Assembly (NCBI GenBank): GCA_963734545.1
Contig: CAVTHO010000009.1
Location: forward strand, 160,001-224,000
From: an uncultured Spirochaetota bacterium
Lineage (GTDB): Bacteria > Spirochaetota > Spirochaetia > SZUA-6 > Fen-1364
Direction of reading: 5' to 3'
DNA length: 64,000 nucleotides
Position 1 is the stretch's first letter. Every line of letters begins with the position of its first letter. The notes under the pieces were generated by a model. The model was not told where the DNA came from. It saw nothing but the letters and a program-made list of their open reading frames with translations, and searched no databases. The position numbers were made by a program, and so were the translations under genes. Shown here piece by piece: positions 10,021 to 20,084 of this stretch.

Positions 10021-11934
10021 ATGGAAAACACTCTTGTAAAGGTGCATTGGTCGGTCGCCCAGAAGTATCCTGATTCAGCTGCACTCATGAGCAAGGACAA
10101 GAAAGGTGAGTGGTCCTCGGTCACTTTTCGTCAGTTCGCCGCCTCGTACGAATGTTTCGGAGCGGGTCTGCTCGAATTCGGCGTGAAAAGAGGTGACCAC
10201 GTCGGGGTCATTGCCGACAACCGGAAGGAATGGCTGTTCGCCAATCTGGGCATCCTCGGAATCGGTGCGGCGGATGTTCCCCGCGGCTGCGACACAATGC
10301 CCGACGAGGCGCGATTCATCCTCCACCATGCGGATTGTGGAATCAGCCTTGCGGAAAACGCGGAACAGCTCAGGAAGATCCTGGGAAAGAAAAAGGATCT
10401 TCCGCTCCTCAAGACCATCATCGTCATTGACGAGGAGTTCAAGCCGGAGGACTTCAGGGAGCCGACCGAGGGCGTGCAGATCGTCACCTATCAGCACATC
10501 ATGGAGCTCGGCAGGAAAAGGCTCGCCGCCGATCCGCAGGCGTACCGGCGCGAGATGGAGAAGGGAACGCCGGAAGAGCTTGCCACCATCATCTACACCT
10601 CGGGTACAACAGGTGAGCCGAAGGGCGTCATGCTCACCCACGGAAACTTCCTGCACAATATCCGCACCATCCCGAATGCCATTCACGTGGGACCCACCGA
10701 CATATTCCTGTCGGTCCTTCCCGTGTGGCACTCCTTCGAGCGCATGATCGACAACTTCGCCCTTTCCCAGGGCACGGCCCTTGCGTACTCCAAGCCTGTC
10801 GGGAAGATCATGCTCGCCGACATGGCGGCCGTGAAGCCCACGATAATGGCGTCGGTTCCCCGGATCTGGGAAGGGGTGCGGGCCGCGATCTACCGCAACG
10901 TGAACGAGGAAGGCGGAATCAAGAAGGCGTTGTTCCAATTCTTCGTTGCTGTGGGCAAAGCTCATGCCGCGGCGTCGGCCCTCGTCCGCGGACTCTTCCC
11001 ACGGTTCACGCGCAGGTACCGTATCACGGATTTCCTTATCGGCATCCTTCCCTTCATCCTGCTTTTCCCTCTCAAAGCCCTGGGCAATCTTCTCGTGTTC
11101 AAGAAGATCAAGGCCCGGCTGGGAGGACGGTTTCGTTTCACCGTTTCCGGTGGCGGAGCGCTTCCCCCGTACGTCGACAAGTTCTTCCAGGCCGCGGGAG
11201 TGCTCCTCCTGGAAGGGTACGGCCTCACGGAGACCACGCCCGTGGTATCCGTGCGGCTGCAGGATCATCCCGTACCGGGCACGATCGGTCCGCTCCTGGC
11301 CGAGATGCAGATGAAGCTGCTGGACCCCGAGACGGGTGTGGAAGTGGGACCGGGGAAAAAGGGAGTCATCTACCTCAAGGGTCCCAACGTCATGAAAGGC
11401 TACTACAAGCGGCCTGACAAGACGGCGGAGGTTCTTTCAGCCGATGGCTGGCTGAACACGGGGGACCTGGGCATGGTCACCTGGAAGGGCGAGATCCGGA
11501 TAATCGGCAGGACCAAGGAGACAATTGTTCTCCTTGGCGGGGAGAACGTCGAGCCGGTTCCAATCGAGGATACGATTCTCGAAAGCGAATACATCGACCA
11601 GGTCATGGTGGTCGGCCAGGACCAGAAATTCCTGGCCGCGCTCGTTGTGCTCAACGATGAAGCGATGGAGAGATACGCGAAGGAGCAGGAGATCGGCTGG
11701 ACGGACAAGACCGATCTTCTGAACAACTCGCAGATCCTGGAGCTTGTCTCCGATGAGATCAACTCCCGGGTCAACGCAAAGGGCGGCTTTCGGGAGTTCG
11801 AGCGGGTCTTCCGGTTCAAGGTGCTGCCGAAACATTTCCAGCCCGGCGTGGAGCTCTCCGCCAAGCAGAGCATGAAACGGAGCGTCATCGCCGATATCTA
11901 CAAAAAGGAAATCGCGGGCTTGTTCGAGATCTAG
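10021..11934 (+). CDS. Long-chain fatty acid-CoA ligase (AMP-binding)
   Basis: IYTSGTTGEPKG, EGYGLTET, WLNTGDLG. Confidence 0.92.
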   Translation: MENTLVKVHWSVAQKYPDSAALMSKDKKGEWSSVTFRQFAASYECFGAGLLEFGVKRGDHVGVIADNRKEWLFANLGILGIGAADVPRGCDTMPDEARFILHHADCGISLAENAEQLRKILGKKKDLPLLKTIIVIDEEFKPEDFREPTEGVQIVTYQHIMELGRKRLAADPQAYRREMEKGTPEELATIIYTSGTTGEPKGVMLTHGNFLHNIRTIPNAIHVGPTDIFLSVLPVWHSFERMIDNFALSQGTALAYSKPVGKIMLADMAAVKPTIMASVPRIWEGVRAAIYRNVNEEGGIKKALFQFFVAVGKAHAAASALVRGLFPRFTRRYRITDFLIGILPFILLFPLKALGNLLVFKKIKARLGGRFRFTVSGGGALPPYVDKFFQAAGVLLLEGYGLTETTPVVSVRLQDHPVPGTIGPLLAEMQMKLLDPETGVEVGPGKKGVIYLKGPNVMKGYYKRPDKTAEVLSADGWLNTGDLGMVTWKGEIRIIGRTKETIVLLGGENVEPVPIEDTILESEYIDQVMVVGQDQKFLAALVVLNDEAMERYAKEQEIGWTDKTDLLNNSQILELVSDEINSRVNAKGGFREFERVFRFKVLPKHFQPGVELSAKQSMKRSVIADIYKKEIAGLFEI

Positions 11935-11983
11935 CCGGAGAGGGCGAAAGGAACGGTCCCGCCGTCGGAGCAGCGGCGCGGGC

Positions 11984-13051
11984 TCAGCGGCCCGCTGTCT
12001 TCAGAAGGCGGTCCGGCTTCACGATGCCTTTCTCGGTGATGATGCCCGTCACGAGGGATGCCGGGGTGACATCGAATGCGGGGTTCCGCGCGCGCGCGCC
12101 GGAACTCGCAATCCGTACCGTCCTCGTGATGCCCGCCTCATCGGGGCCTGCCGCGGTGAGCACCTCCGCTTCTCCCCGCTCTTCGATCGGAATGGAGTCT
12201 CCGGTCGGGCACGCGAAGTCGATTGTCGATGTCGGCGCGGCGACGTAGAAGGAGATCCCGTTCTCCCGTGCAAGGACAGCCTTCTCATAGGTGCCGATCT
12301 TGTTTGCCACGTCTCCATTTCTCGCAATCCGATCCGCGCCCACGATGACGATGTCCACCTCTCCCCGGCGCATGAAGAAACCCGCCGCGTTGTCGGGAAT
12401 GACGCGAAACTCGATCCCCTCCCCCGCCAGCTCCCAGGCGGTCAGGCGCGCTCCCTGGAGACGGGGCCGGGTTTCATCCACCCATACGAAGAGGCGCTTC
12501 CCCTCCCGCTTCGCCCTGTACACCGGCGACAGCGCCGTTCCCCAGTCGGTGAATGCGAGCCATCCCGCGTTGCAGTGGGTGAGCACCCGGGCGCCGTCCC
12601 GTATCAGAGGCGCGCCCGCCTCCCCGATCCGCCGGCCCGCATCCACGTCCTCCTCCGCAAGCGTGTCCGCCTCCGCGCACGCGGCCTCCCGGGCGCGCGC
12701 CACATCGGGGAGGGCACCCAGCGCCGCGGCACGCACGCGGTCAATGGCGTAGAAGAGGTTCTGCGCCGTGGGACGCGTGGATTTCAGGAGAGACGCGGCG
12801 GCGTCCATGTAGGCGCGGAACTCCGTCAAGGAAGCCGGCGCCTCCCGGGCAGCCTGGGCCACTCCGAATCCCCCCGCCACGCCGATTGCGCCCGCTCCCC
12901 TCGTCACCATGTCCTTGATGGCGCGCGCCGTAACGCGATGATCCGGTGAGTCGAAAATGGCAAACTGGAAGGGCAGCAGGATCTGGTCGATCATGCGCAC
13001 CGTCCCGCCTTCCCTCCAGACCGTCCGGTAGGGGGTGCCGTTGACGAGCAT
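11984..13051 (-). CDS. mtnA: S-methyl-5-thioribose-1-phosphate isomerase
   Basis: RGAGAIG, TRPTAQNL, LTHCNAG, DETRPRLQGARLT, ANKIGTY, NPAFDVTP. Confidence 0.93.
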   Translation of the reverse strand: MLVNGTPYRTVWREGGTVRMIDQILLPFQFAIFDSPDHRVTARAIKDMVTRGAGAIGVAGGFGVAQAAREAPASLTEFRAYMDAAASLLKSTRPTAQNLFYAIDRVRAAALGALPDVARAREAACAEADTLAEEDVDAGRRIGEAGAPLIRDGARVLTHCNAGWLAFTDWGTALSPVYRAKREGKRLFVWVDETRPRLQGARLTAWELAGEGIEFRVIPDNAAGFFMRRGEVDIVIVGADRIARNGDVANKIGTYEKAVLARENGISFYVAAPTSTIDFACPTGDSIPIEERGEAEVLTAAGPDEAGITRTVRIASSGARARNPAFDVTPASLVTGIITEKGIVKPDRLLKTAGR

Positions 13052-13097
13052 GAGGGGAACTATAGCGCACCTTTCGCGGATCAGATAGGATGCGGCC

Positions 13098-14727
13098 ATG
13101 GTGCACAGCATCGCCATCGCCGATGTCCCCTCCACCACACCCCTGTTCGCCGATTTCTGGAAAGGAAAGGAAACCTTTCGCGGCCTTCTTCCCCGGCATT
13201 TCATGGATCCGCGCGCCTTCTCGGAGCAGGCCGGCCTGCTTGCCCGCGCCCGCTACGACCGCGGCACGCTGTGCACGGTGCTCCGCGAGCAGAACGAAAG
13301 GTTCGGCGCGGGCGCACAGACGCTGCGGTCCATCGACGCGCTGGAGGGGCCCGGCTCCATGGTCGTGATCGGAGGTCAGCAGGCCGGGTTGTTCGGCGGC
13401 CCCCTCTACACGGTGCACAAGGCCCTGACGATCATCGTGCTCGCCCGCAGGATGGCGAAACAACTGCGACCGGCCGGTGATCCCCGTGTTCTGGATCGCC
13501 TCCGAGGACAGCGATCTCGCGGAGGTGAATCACACCTTCGTTGTCGACAGGGACGGTCGGCTGCGGGAGCTTCGTCTGCACGAAGCGGTGGAAGCGAAGC
13601 TTCCGGTCTCCCGTGTGCGCCTCGGGGAGGAGATCGGGCCGCTCATGAACGAGCTGGCCGCCGCGCTTCCCGAGGCAGATGGCGCGGAGAATGTACTCGC
13701 CGACCTGCGGGCGGCGTACGCCCCCGGCCGCACCTATCCGCAGGCCTTCGGCTCCTGGATGACGAATCTCTTCGGCGAGCAGGGACTGGTGCTCGTCGAT
13801 CCTTCCGATGTCCGGCTGAAACGGATGGCGCATTCGCTTTTCGAGCGCGAGATCAGGGAGAACAGCCCGGTGAGCGCCGCGGTCATCGCGCAGACCCGCC
13901 GGATGATCGAGGCGGGATACGCGCCGCAGATCGAGCTGCGGGAAGGGTTCCTCACTCTTTTCCACCAGGACCCTGCCCGGCAGGCCATCGCGCTCCGCAG
14001 GAACGGATTCGAGCTGAAGTCGACCGGGAAGACCTTTACAGCGGAGGAGCTCGCCGGTCTCCTGGAGCGCAGCCCGGAGAGCTTCACTCCCAACGCGGTG
14101 CTGCGTCCCCTGTACCAGGACACGCTCTTTCCCACGCTGGCTGCGGTCCTCGGTCCATCGGAGATCGCCTACTTCTCACAGCTCACGCTGGCCTATGAGC
14201 GGATGGGCATCCCGATGCCGATCGTTTTTCCCCGCTCCTCCCTCACCCTGGTGGAACCGAAAATGGAGAAGCTCATGGCCAGGCTCGGCGTGGGCCTGAG
14301 GGACCTCCTCGTGCGCGGGGAACGAATAATCGACGACATATTGAAGAGAGACATTCCCGAGTCCCTCACCACGCGGGTCATGGAGGGCAGGGCCTCTGTG
14401 ACGGCAGCCTGGAAAACGATCATCGGCGAGATCGACACGCTTGATCCCACGCTGCATCGGACGGCGGAACTGGGATCAGGCAGGGCCCTGCGCCAGTTCG
14501 ATTTCATGGAAAAGAAGATCGCGCAGGCAGCCCGGAAAAAGAACGGGATCCTCCGCGGGCAGGTGGAGAGGCTCGTCGCCGCCCTGGCGCCCAGGAACGG
14601 CCTGCAGGAGAGGACGCTCACGGCGCTCCCCTTTCTTGCGCGCTACGGAAAACAGATTCTCACCCAGGCAGCGGAAGGCATCGATCCGTTCGCCCCCGAG
14701 CACAGGGGGCTGGTGGTGGATCAATGA
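13098..14727 (+). CDS. bshC: Bacillithiol cysteine-adding enzyme (frameshift ~13470)
   Basis: GGQQAGLFGGPLYTVHKA, PVFWIASEDSD, PNAVLRPLYQD, GPSEIAY, LQER. Confidence 0.9.
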
Positions 14728-15446
14728 CGCTGGACATACTGGCATTCGGCGCGCATCCGGATGACGTGGAGCTGGCCGCGAGCGGTACCCTGATCAAGGC
14801 GGGACGCGGCGGCGCGAAAACGGGCGTGATCACCCTCACCCGCGGAGAGATGGGCACGCGCGGCACTCCCGCCGCGCGGGCGGCTGAGTTCGAGGCGGCA
14901 GGTGACGCGATGGGTCTCACTCATCGGGAAATGCTCTCCCTGCCGGACGGCAGGCTGGCCCCGGACCAGGGGGCAAAGGAAGCCGTGGTTCGGGAGATCA
15001 GGGAGCATCGGCCGCGCATCGTCCTTCTGCCCTATTGGGAGGACAGGCATCCCGATCACGGCGCCGCTTCACGCATCATCCAGGAGGCGGCATTCCTGGC
15101 GGGACTTCGCAAGCTGGAAACCGGCCAGGAGCCGCACCGCCCGTCCGAGCTTGTCTACTACATGGCCAGCTGGGAGTTCGAGCCGAGCTTTATCGTCGAT
15201 ATCAGCGACGTGATCGAGGACAAGATCAAGGCGATCCAGGCATACGGCACGCAAGTGCACAATCCGGGCTACGCGGGGAACGAGCCGCCCACCTTCATCT
15301 CCAGCCAGCACTTCCAGGAGCTGCTCATGACCCGCATGGCCCACTACGGACACCTCATCGGAAAGAAGTACGGGGAGCCCTTCCGCATCAAGGGTCTGAT
15401 CGAGGTGAAAGACCTGCTGGAGTCTTTCGGAAGCCGGACGTTTTAG
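14724..15446 (+). CDS. bshB1: Bacillithiol biosynthesis deacetylase
   Basis: LDILAFGAHPDDVEL, LTRGEMGTRGT, DRHPDH; overlaps the bshC stop. Confidence 0.9.
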   Translation: MTLDILAFGAHPDDVELAASGTLIKAGRGGAKTGVITLTRGEMGTRGTPAARAAEFEAAGDAMGLTHREMLSLPDGRLAPDQGAKEAVVREIREHRPRIVLLPYWEDRHPDHGAASRIIQEAAFLAGLRKLETGQEPHRPSELVYYMASWEFEPSFIVDISDVIEDKIKAIQAYGTQVHNPGYAGNEPPTFISSQHFQELLMTRMAHYGHLIGKKYGEPFRIKGLIEVKDLLESFGSRTF

Positions 15447-15490
15447 CTCTCCCCTTGCGATGCAGGGGATTGCCTGGTAATGCGCCCCTC

Positions 15491-15628
15491 TTAATCGTGG
15501 ATAACAGTCACCGTGGTGTAGCGAGTCGCCGAGCCAAAGCTATGACTTACCGCACACTCGCTCTGAGTAATGAAGTGTACTTTCTTCACTTCGGCGAGAA
15601 GCTGATTCAATGCGGTTTCAAGTGCCAC
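15491..15628 (-). CDS. Putative 45-aa small ORF
   Basis: GGAGGAGG 7 nt before GTG; MALETALNQLLAEVKKVHFITQSECAVSHSFGSATRYTTVTVIHD*. Confidence 0.4.
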   Translation of the reverse strand: MALETALNQLLAEVKKVHFITQSECAVSHSFGSATRYTTVTVIHD

Positions 15629-15733
15629 GGAACGGCCTCCTCCGGGCTTCGGAGATCAAGCAGCTTCTCATAGTAGAACCACGCGCAGGGAATGCAAGGC
15701 CCAATCGGGTGGATGTACAACTCGGCTCGCCGC

Positions 15734-18634
15734 CTAATGGCCCGTTGGCCCTGAAGGCTTATCTGCGCCTTGCTTCAGAATGATGGTCGCACCCCCTGGC
15801 ACACCCGACGTCTGCTTTAATTCGATGGAAGCGCCGTTTTCTAGAATCTTGATTACCCTCTGCTCCTGGACCACGCGGAACTCAACCGACCGGCTTTCTC
15901 CTCCCGTGAGCGCGAGATCGAAAGACTCGGGCTCAATTCTATGGTAGCTCGGAAGCTGTCCCCCTGCGATACGAAGCACATAGTTTCCCGGTCGCACATC
16001 CTGGAAGCTGAAATCCCCATTGGGGCTCGTCAGCTTTCGCCGAATCTCGGCACCGTTGGCTATTTCGATGATCACGTTTCCGAGGCCCCCGAGTCGTGCG
16101 CGATTGGTTTCCCCTGATTCTGCGCCCGATCCTTTCTGATCCAACGGAAGGTAGGCGCCGGCCTCGTCCGGGAACCCGTACACGCCGACGTTCCCCGTGA
16201 CCGAGCAACTCTTGATCATCCCTATGGCGAGGGAAATCGTCGACCCGCTCGGTGCCGTCACCGCCAGAGGCATCGGTTCCACTGGCACCATACCGGGTCT
16301 TACGGTCGCCAAATCCACGTGGACGTACTTGGTTCCCGATTGGGGAAGGTAGAACGTGAACCGTCCCTTCGCATCGCTGAGCGCCGCAAGGCCGTCCAGA
16401 CGGAGCAGGACCCCTGGCATGGGCTCATCAGTCGAGGCGTTGTACACGCGACCCGTTACAGTTGCCGTATCCGGCTTTCGGCTGATCGGCAGATCGAATG
16501 GCACCCCATAAGTGAGTTGCAGAGAATAATAGGGCGTCCAGGACTCCGGATCATAGGTGAGTCCGACATCAAGCTGCGCCGTGAGAGTAGTGCCCCATGA
16601 GAAGGCAGTCGTGAGTTTGGCTCCGACGGACGCCAGAAGCTCGGTGAAACCCGCCTGGCTGAAAATGTAGCTGTTGCCGGCCTTTGCTTCCAGCTGGGTT
16701 TTCGCTTTCGAGTATCGAGCGTCCACCTGCCAGCCCGCAACATGTGAAGCATTCCCGTTTGAATCCAGCCTGCCGTTGTAGAGGAGCGAAGCGGCATACC
16801 ATGCCGTATCGGCTGGTTGAAACTCGAAAGAGAGGTTGTGCTGTTGCTCCAGGGACGAAACCCCATTTGCTTTATCGAACTCGAAGCCTGCCGAGGACGC
16901 AAGGCCGATGGCGAACGGCTTGAGGGGCTGGCGCAGCGAGAGTCGGAAGATGTTTTGCCAGGAGTCATATCTCGGCGCGGGAAGCCTGTCTATGCGTCGC
17001 CAGTTTTCCCAGTCCAGCCTGAGCCGCATGCCCCACCGTGGTATTTCTCCCTCCGCGCCCAGAGAGATCTCCATGGTCCGATCTGCCGACAGTTGCGCAG
17101 GATCAAGGAGCAGGTTGGCATCAGCCATCGAGAAGCCGCCGTGCAGGGTGAGGAAGGGGGGCAGGACGCGCACGTGGACGAGCGTACGCAGGGATTGTGT
17201 GTCGCTGAACGTTCCCTGAAAACCAGGCCATGCCCTGACGAATCGCGCGGTCCAGGAAACAGGTTCGAGATTGCCCTGGGACCATGCAAAGACCGCCGGG
17301 CGGAGGCTGCCGGAAGTATCGTCCTGGATCGCCGTGTCAAGCTGAAACTGGAGGTTCTCCGTCGGATTGTATTGCTGCATCAGGCCGAAGGAAATGCTGT
17401 CCGTAATCGGCGAGAAGGCGCTCAGCCCCGCGCGGTACACCACGTCGTCCCATTGCCCCGATCGGGGAATCGTGAAGTCAGCGGTCCCGCCTATCGCCTG
17501 CGCCCCCTGCGGCGACCAGACGTCCTTGTAGTACAGGCCGCCGAAACGAAACGGGGAGAGGTTCACCATGCCCCGGATTCCCCGGCCGAACACGTCCTCA
17601 GCGAGCAGCGGAGAGATCGCGTAGGGGAGATCCCCCAGCCCCAGCTCGCCGTAGCGACTCTCGTACTGGAAGCTGTAGCGGTCCGTCGGATTGAAGAGCG
17701 GATCAAAAGTGGTGTCGACCCGTTTGCGAAGCTCCAGATCGACTCTGTGCTCGCCGGCCTCGTCTATGGTGCCATGAGCTTTCACGGATTCCTCGAGACC
17801 CGCGGTCAGCTTCTGGTCATAGCCGCTTAAAATTGTCGTCTCGGTGAAAAACGGCACCGCGTGCGAGAGGATCCTGGCGTCGACCGAAAGTGGGACGACC
17901 TCGACAGAGCTTGCGGCAATTGCCAGCGGTGCGCCTGGTCCCGTGGCTCCAGCTTCCTCAGCCGGATGTAGGCGCACGGTGACCTGGAGGGGGTGGAGCA
18001 CAGACGTGACCAGCAGCGGGTCCGTACGCACCGCGATGCTGAACACTTTTACATCACCGGCAGGCACGATCGTCCCCGCCGCGCCCCCAAGACCGCTGAT
18101 CTTGAACGGGAACAGGGACCCGCTCGTCACGTCAACCTCGACCTCAACGTCCGTGTTCCCGGTGTTGGAAATAACAAAGGATGTCGTGTATTCCTTGCCG
18201 GCAATCACGAAAGAGGGGCGTTCCAGGAGCTTCAAATCGAGGGCAACCTCGGGCAGGACACGTACTTTGAGGTCGCACCCCGCGCTGAGCGTCGGGTCGT
18301 CGAGGTCTTTCACCCGGTACGCAACGACGTACTCTGCGGCGGCGGCACGAGACGGAACGAGGAAAGAGACCACGTGAAGGTCGGTCGCCGAAGGCGCCAG
18401 GACGAACGGTCCCTCCTGCGTGAGCGCCTTCCAGCCGGGAGGAAGCGAAGGCTCGAGAATCAGCGTGCGGGCCTGCGGGCCGCTGTTTGATACGGACAGC
18501 GCGAAGGTGACTGCCTGCCGGGTATGAACCTCGAGAAGATCCACCCCTGTCGTCCTCACGGTGACCGGCAGATTCTCCGCACCGGCCGTGGTTGCGACTG
18601 CCAGCAGGAGAATCGGGATAAGGCGGCGGAGCAC
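15734..18634 (-). CDS. Large exported usher-like protein (N-terminal Ig-like repeats, central beta-rich region, C-terminal beta-sandwich repeats)
   Basis: Signal peptide; VSNSG/ISNTGN Ig-like repeats; GELGLGD; amphipathic beta strands; TVTGRVY..SDAKGRFTF and TSPNGDFSFQDVRPGNY repeats. Confidence 0.65.
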   Translation of the reverse strand: MLRRLIPILLLAVATTAGAENLPVTVRTTGVDLLEVHTRQAVTFALSVSNSGPQARTLILEPSLPPGWKALTQEGPFVLAPSATDLHVVSFLVPSRAAAAEYVVAYRVKDLDDPTLSAGCDLKVRVLPEVALDLKLLERPSFVIAGKEYTTSFVISNTGNTDVEVEVDVTSGSLFPFKISGLGGAAGTIVPAGDVKVFSIAVRTDPLLVTSVLHPLQVTVRLHPAEEAGATGPGAPLAIAASSVEVVPLSVDARILSHAVPFFTETTILSGYDQKLTAGLEESVKAHGTIDEAGEHRVDLELRKRVDTTFDPLFNPTDRYSFQYESRYGELGLGDLPYAISPLLAEDVFGRGIRGMVNLSPFRFGGLYYKDVWSPQGAQAIGGTADFTIPRSGQWDDVVYRAGLSAFSPITDSISFGLMQQYNPTENLQFQLDTAIQDDTSGSLRPAVFAWSQGNLEPVSWTARFVRAWPGFQGTFSDTQSLRTLVHVRVLPPFLTLHGGFSMADANLLLDPAQLSADRTMEISLGAEGEIPRWGMRLRLDWENWRRIDRLPAPRYDSWQNIFRLSLRQPLKPFAIGLASSAGFEFDKANGVSSLEQQHNLSFEFQPADTAWYAASLLYNGRLDSNGNASHVAGWQVDARYSKAKTQLEAKAGNSYIFSQAGFTELLASVGAKLTTAFSWGTTLTAQLDVGLTYDPESWTPYYSLQLTYGVPFDLPISRKPDTATVTGRVYNASTDEPMPGVLLRLDGLAALSDAKGRFTFYLPQSGTKYVHVDLATVRPGMVPVEPMPLAVTAPSGSTISLAIGMIKSCSVTGNVGVYGFPDEAGAYLPLDQKGSGAESGETNRARLGGLGNVIIEIANGAEIRRKLTSPNGDFSFQDVRPGNYVLRIAGGQLPSYHRIEPESFDLALTGGESRSVEFRVVQEQRVIKILENGASIELKQTSGVPGGATIILKQGADKPSGPTGH

Positions 18635-18635
18635 C

Positions 18636-19460
18636 TTACTGCTTGAGCACGAGGGTAACGTTGGCGCCGAATACATCCTCGTCCCCGCAATCGACGACGA
18701 TCAGGGCTTTGTAGGAAGGATCCTGGACACCGATCAGATCCACCGTGAACCGCACCGAGGTCCCCGGATACATCCTCTGTTTCCCGCCGTCGAACTTGCC
18801 GACTTTGGTCCCCCTGGAATCGTAGAGCTCGGCCCACAGAGTGCCGCGCAGCCATCGCTCACCCGTGTTTTGCACGTCGACGAGGAGTAGTCTCTTTTCT
18901 TTTTCGCTGACCAGACTGATCTGGCTGAACTTCAAGAGCCGGGTGCCGGTGGCACCTATGTGGGTCACGATCTGGACCGCGTAGCGCAGCACCTGGCTCA
19001 CCCCCACGCCGGTGTTCTTCGGCCCGGGCTGGCTGGACTCCGCGGACCCTTCCGGGACGGGCTCCACCATGACAACGCTCCAATAGGTCCCGGCCAGCGT
19101 TGCATCATTCGGCACCTGGACGCTGAAGTGCAGCGACACGGTCTCATTCGGCGGGATCGTAACCTGCTGGGGAGACAGCGTCATCCAGCGGGCATTGGAC
19201 CTCGGGAGCGCGCCGGGATCTCCGTAGAGCACCTTCCCATCCGCATAAAAGAAATAGTCGGTCTGGTAGGTCTTGATCTCCTGCGGCGTTTTCTCGGGAT
19301 TCTTTACATCGATGGAGCCTTCATAGGTGCGTCCCGGCGCCACCTCGTACTCACGAGTGAGCGATCCTGTAACGATGATCCCCGCGTAACACGCAAGCGG
19401 CGCAGCGAGCAAACCAACCATGACGGCAACGATGCGAACGTTCATATTCCTCCGGCTCAT
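18636..19460 (-). CDS. Exported pilus-chaperone-like protein (PapD/DUF916-like, two Ig domains)
   Basis: Signal peptide; WMTLSPQQVTIPPNET, YWSVVMVEP, LRYAVQIVT, DVQNTGERW. Confidence 0.7.
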   Translation of the reverse strand: MSRRNMNVRIVAVMVGLLAAPLACYAGIIVTGSLTREYEVAPGRTYEGSIDVKNPEKTPQEIKTYQTDYFFYADGKVLYGDPGALPRSNARWMTLSPQQVTIPPNETVSLHFSVQVPNDATLAGTYWSVVMVEPVPEGSAESSQPGPKNTGVGVSQVLRYAVQIVTHIGATGTRLLKFSQISLVSEKEKRLLLVDVQNTGERWLRGTLWAELYDSRGTKVGKFDGGKQRMYPGTSVRFTVDLIGVQDPSYKALIVVDCGDEDVFGANVTLVLKQ

Positions 19461-19463
19461 CTG

Positions 19464-20009
19464 TCAGAACTCCGTCACGGTGTACGTGACGCTCGTTACA
19501 TCGCTGGGCGTCACCAGATTGGGAGCAGACACGCCACGAATCTGAAGCTGGCATCGGATGTTTCTCACTGCTGTTCGGGTGTTGCAGCGGAAAAGCTCCG
19601 TGGGGACGTTCGTGACCTGCTGATAGACATTCAAGGGTCCGACGAGGTTGCCCGCGGGGGTGCCATTGTTGGTACGCCGGATCCACAATTGCAGGTTGGC
19701 GCCCCAGGTGGCGGTATAGGTCCTGCTGACAGTGACTACCCACCCCGTCATCCCGCCCGTGAATGGAGCGTTCACTCGCAAAACAGTCTGGTTGGCCGCA
19801 CTGGTGTAGGTGGTTGTGGTAAAATCTCTTCCCGCTGCCGGAACCGGTGAGGGCGCGGCCGGGATGGTGACCGTCCAACCGCCGGCGCCGGTCGAGATCA
19901 CCAAGGCCAGCGGGACGGCGGGCTCTGCGACAACAAGCAAAAACAGCAGATTGAGAACTAGGCTCCCCGCTCGAACCGGCTGTGGAAGGGATGAAAAAAA
20001 ATCGCGCAT
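19464..20009 (-). CDS. Minor pilin-like exported protein
   Basis: Signal-like N-terminus, Thr/Gly-rich beta content, Cys pair, C-terminal VTYTVTEF strand. Confidence 0.6.
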   Translation of the reverse strand: MRDFFSSLPQPVRAGSLVLNLLFLLVVAEPAVPLALVISTGAGGWTVTIPAAPSPVPAAGRDFTTTTYTSAANQTVLRVNAPFTGGMTGWVVTVSRTYTATWGANLQLWIRRTNNGTPAGNLVGPLNVYQQVTNVPTELFRCNTRTAVRNIRCQLQIRGVSAPNLVTPSDVTSVTYTVTEF

Positions 20010-20011
20010 GC

Positions 20012-20068
20012 GAAAAAAAACGGAGAGGGCCGGATCGAGGCATTACGCCTCTCCACTAGCCCTTCCGT
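20012..20068 (-). terminator. Intrinsic terminator-like structure after the major pilin-like gene
   Basis: GGAGAGG...CCTCTCC stem followed by G and a U8 tract on the minus strand. Confidence 0.55.
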
Positions 20069-20084
20069 CCTTTCAGTGGTCGGC

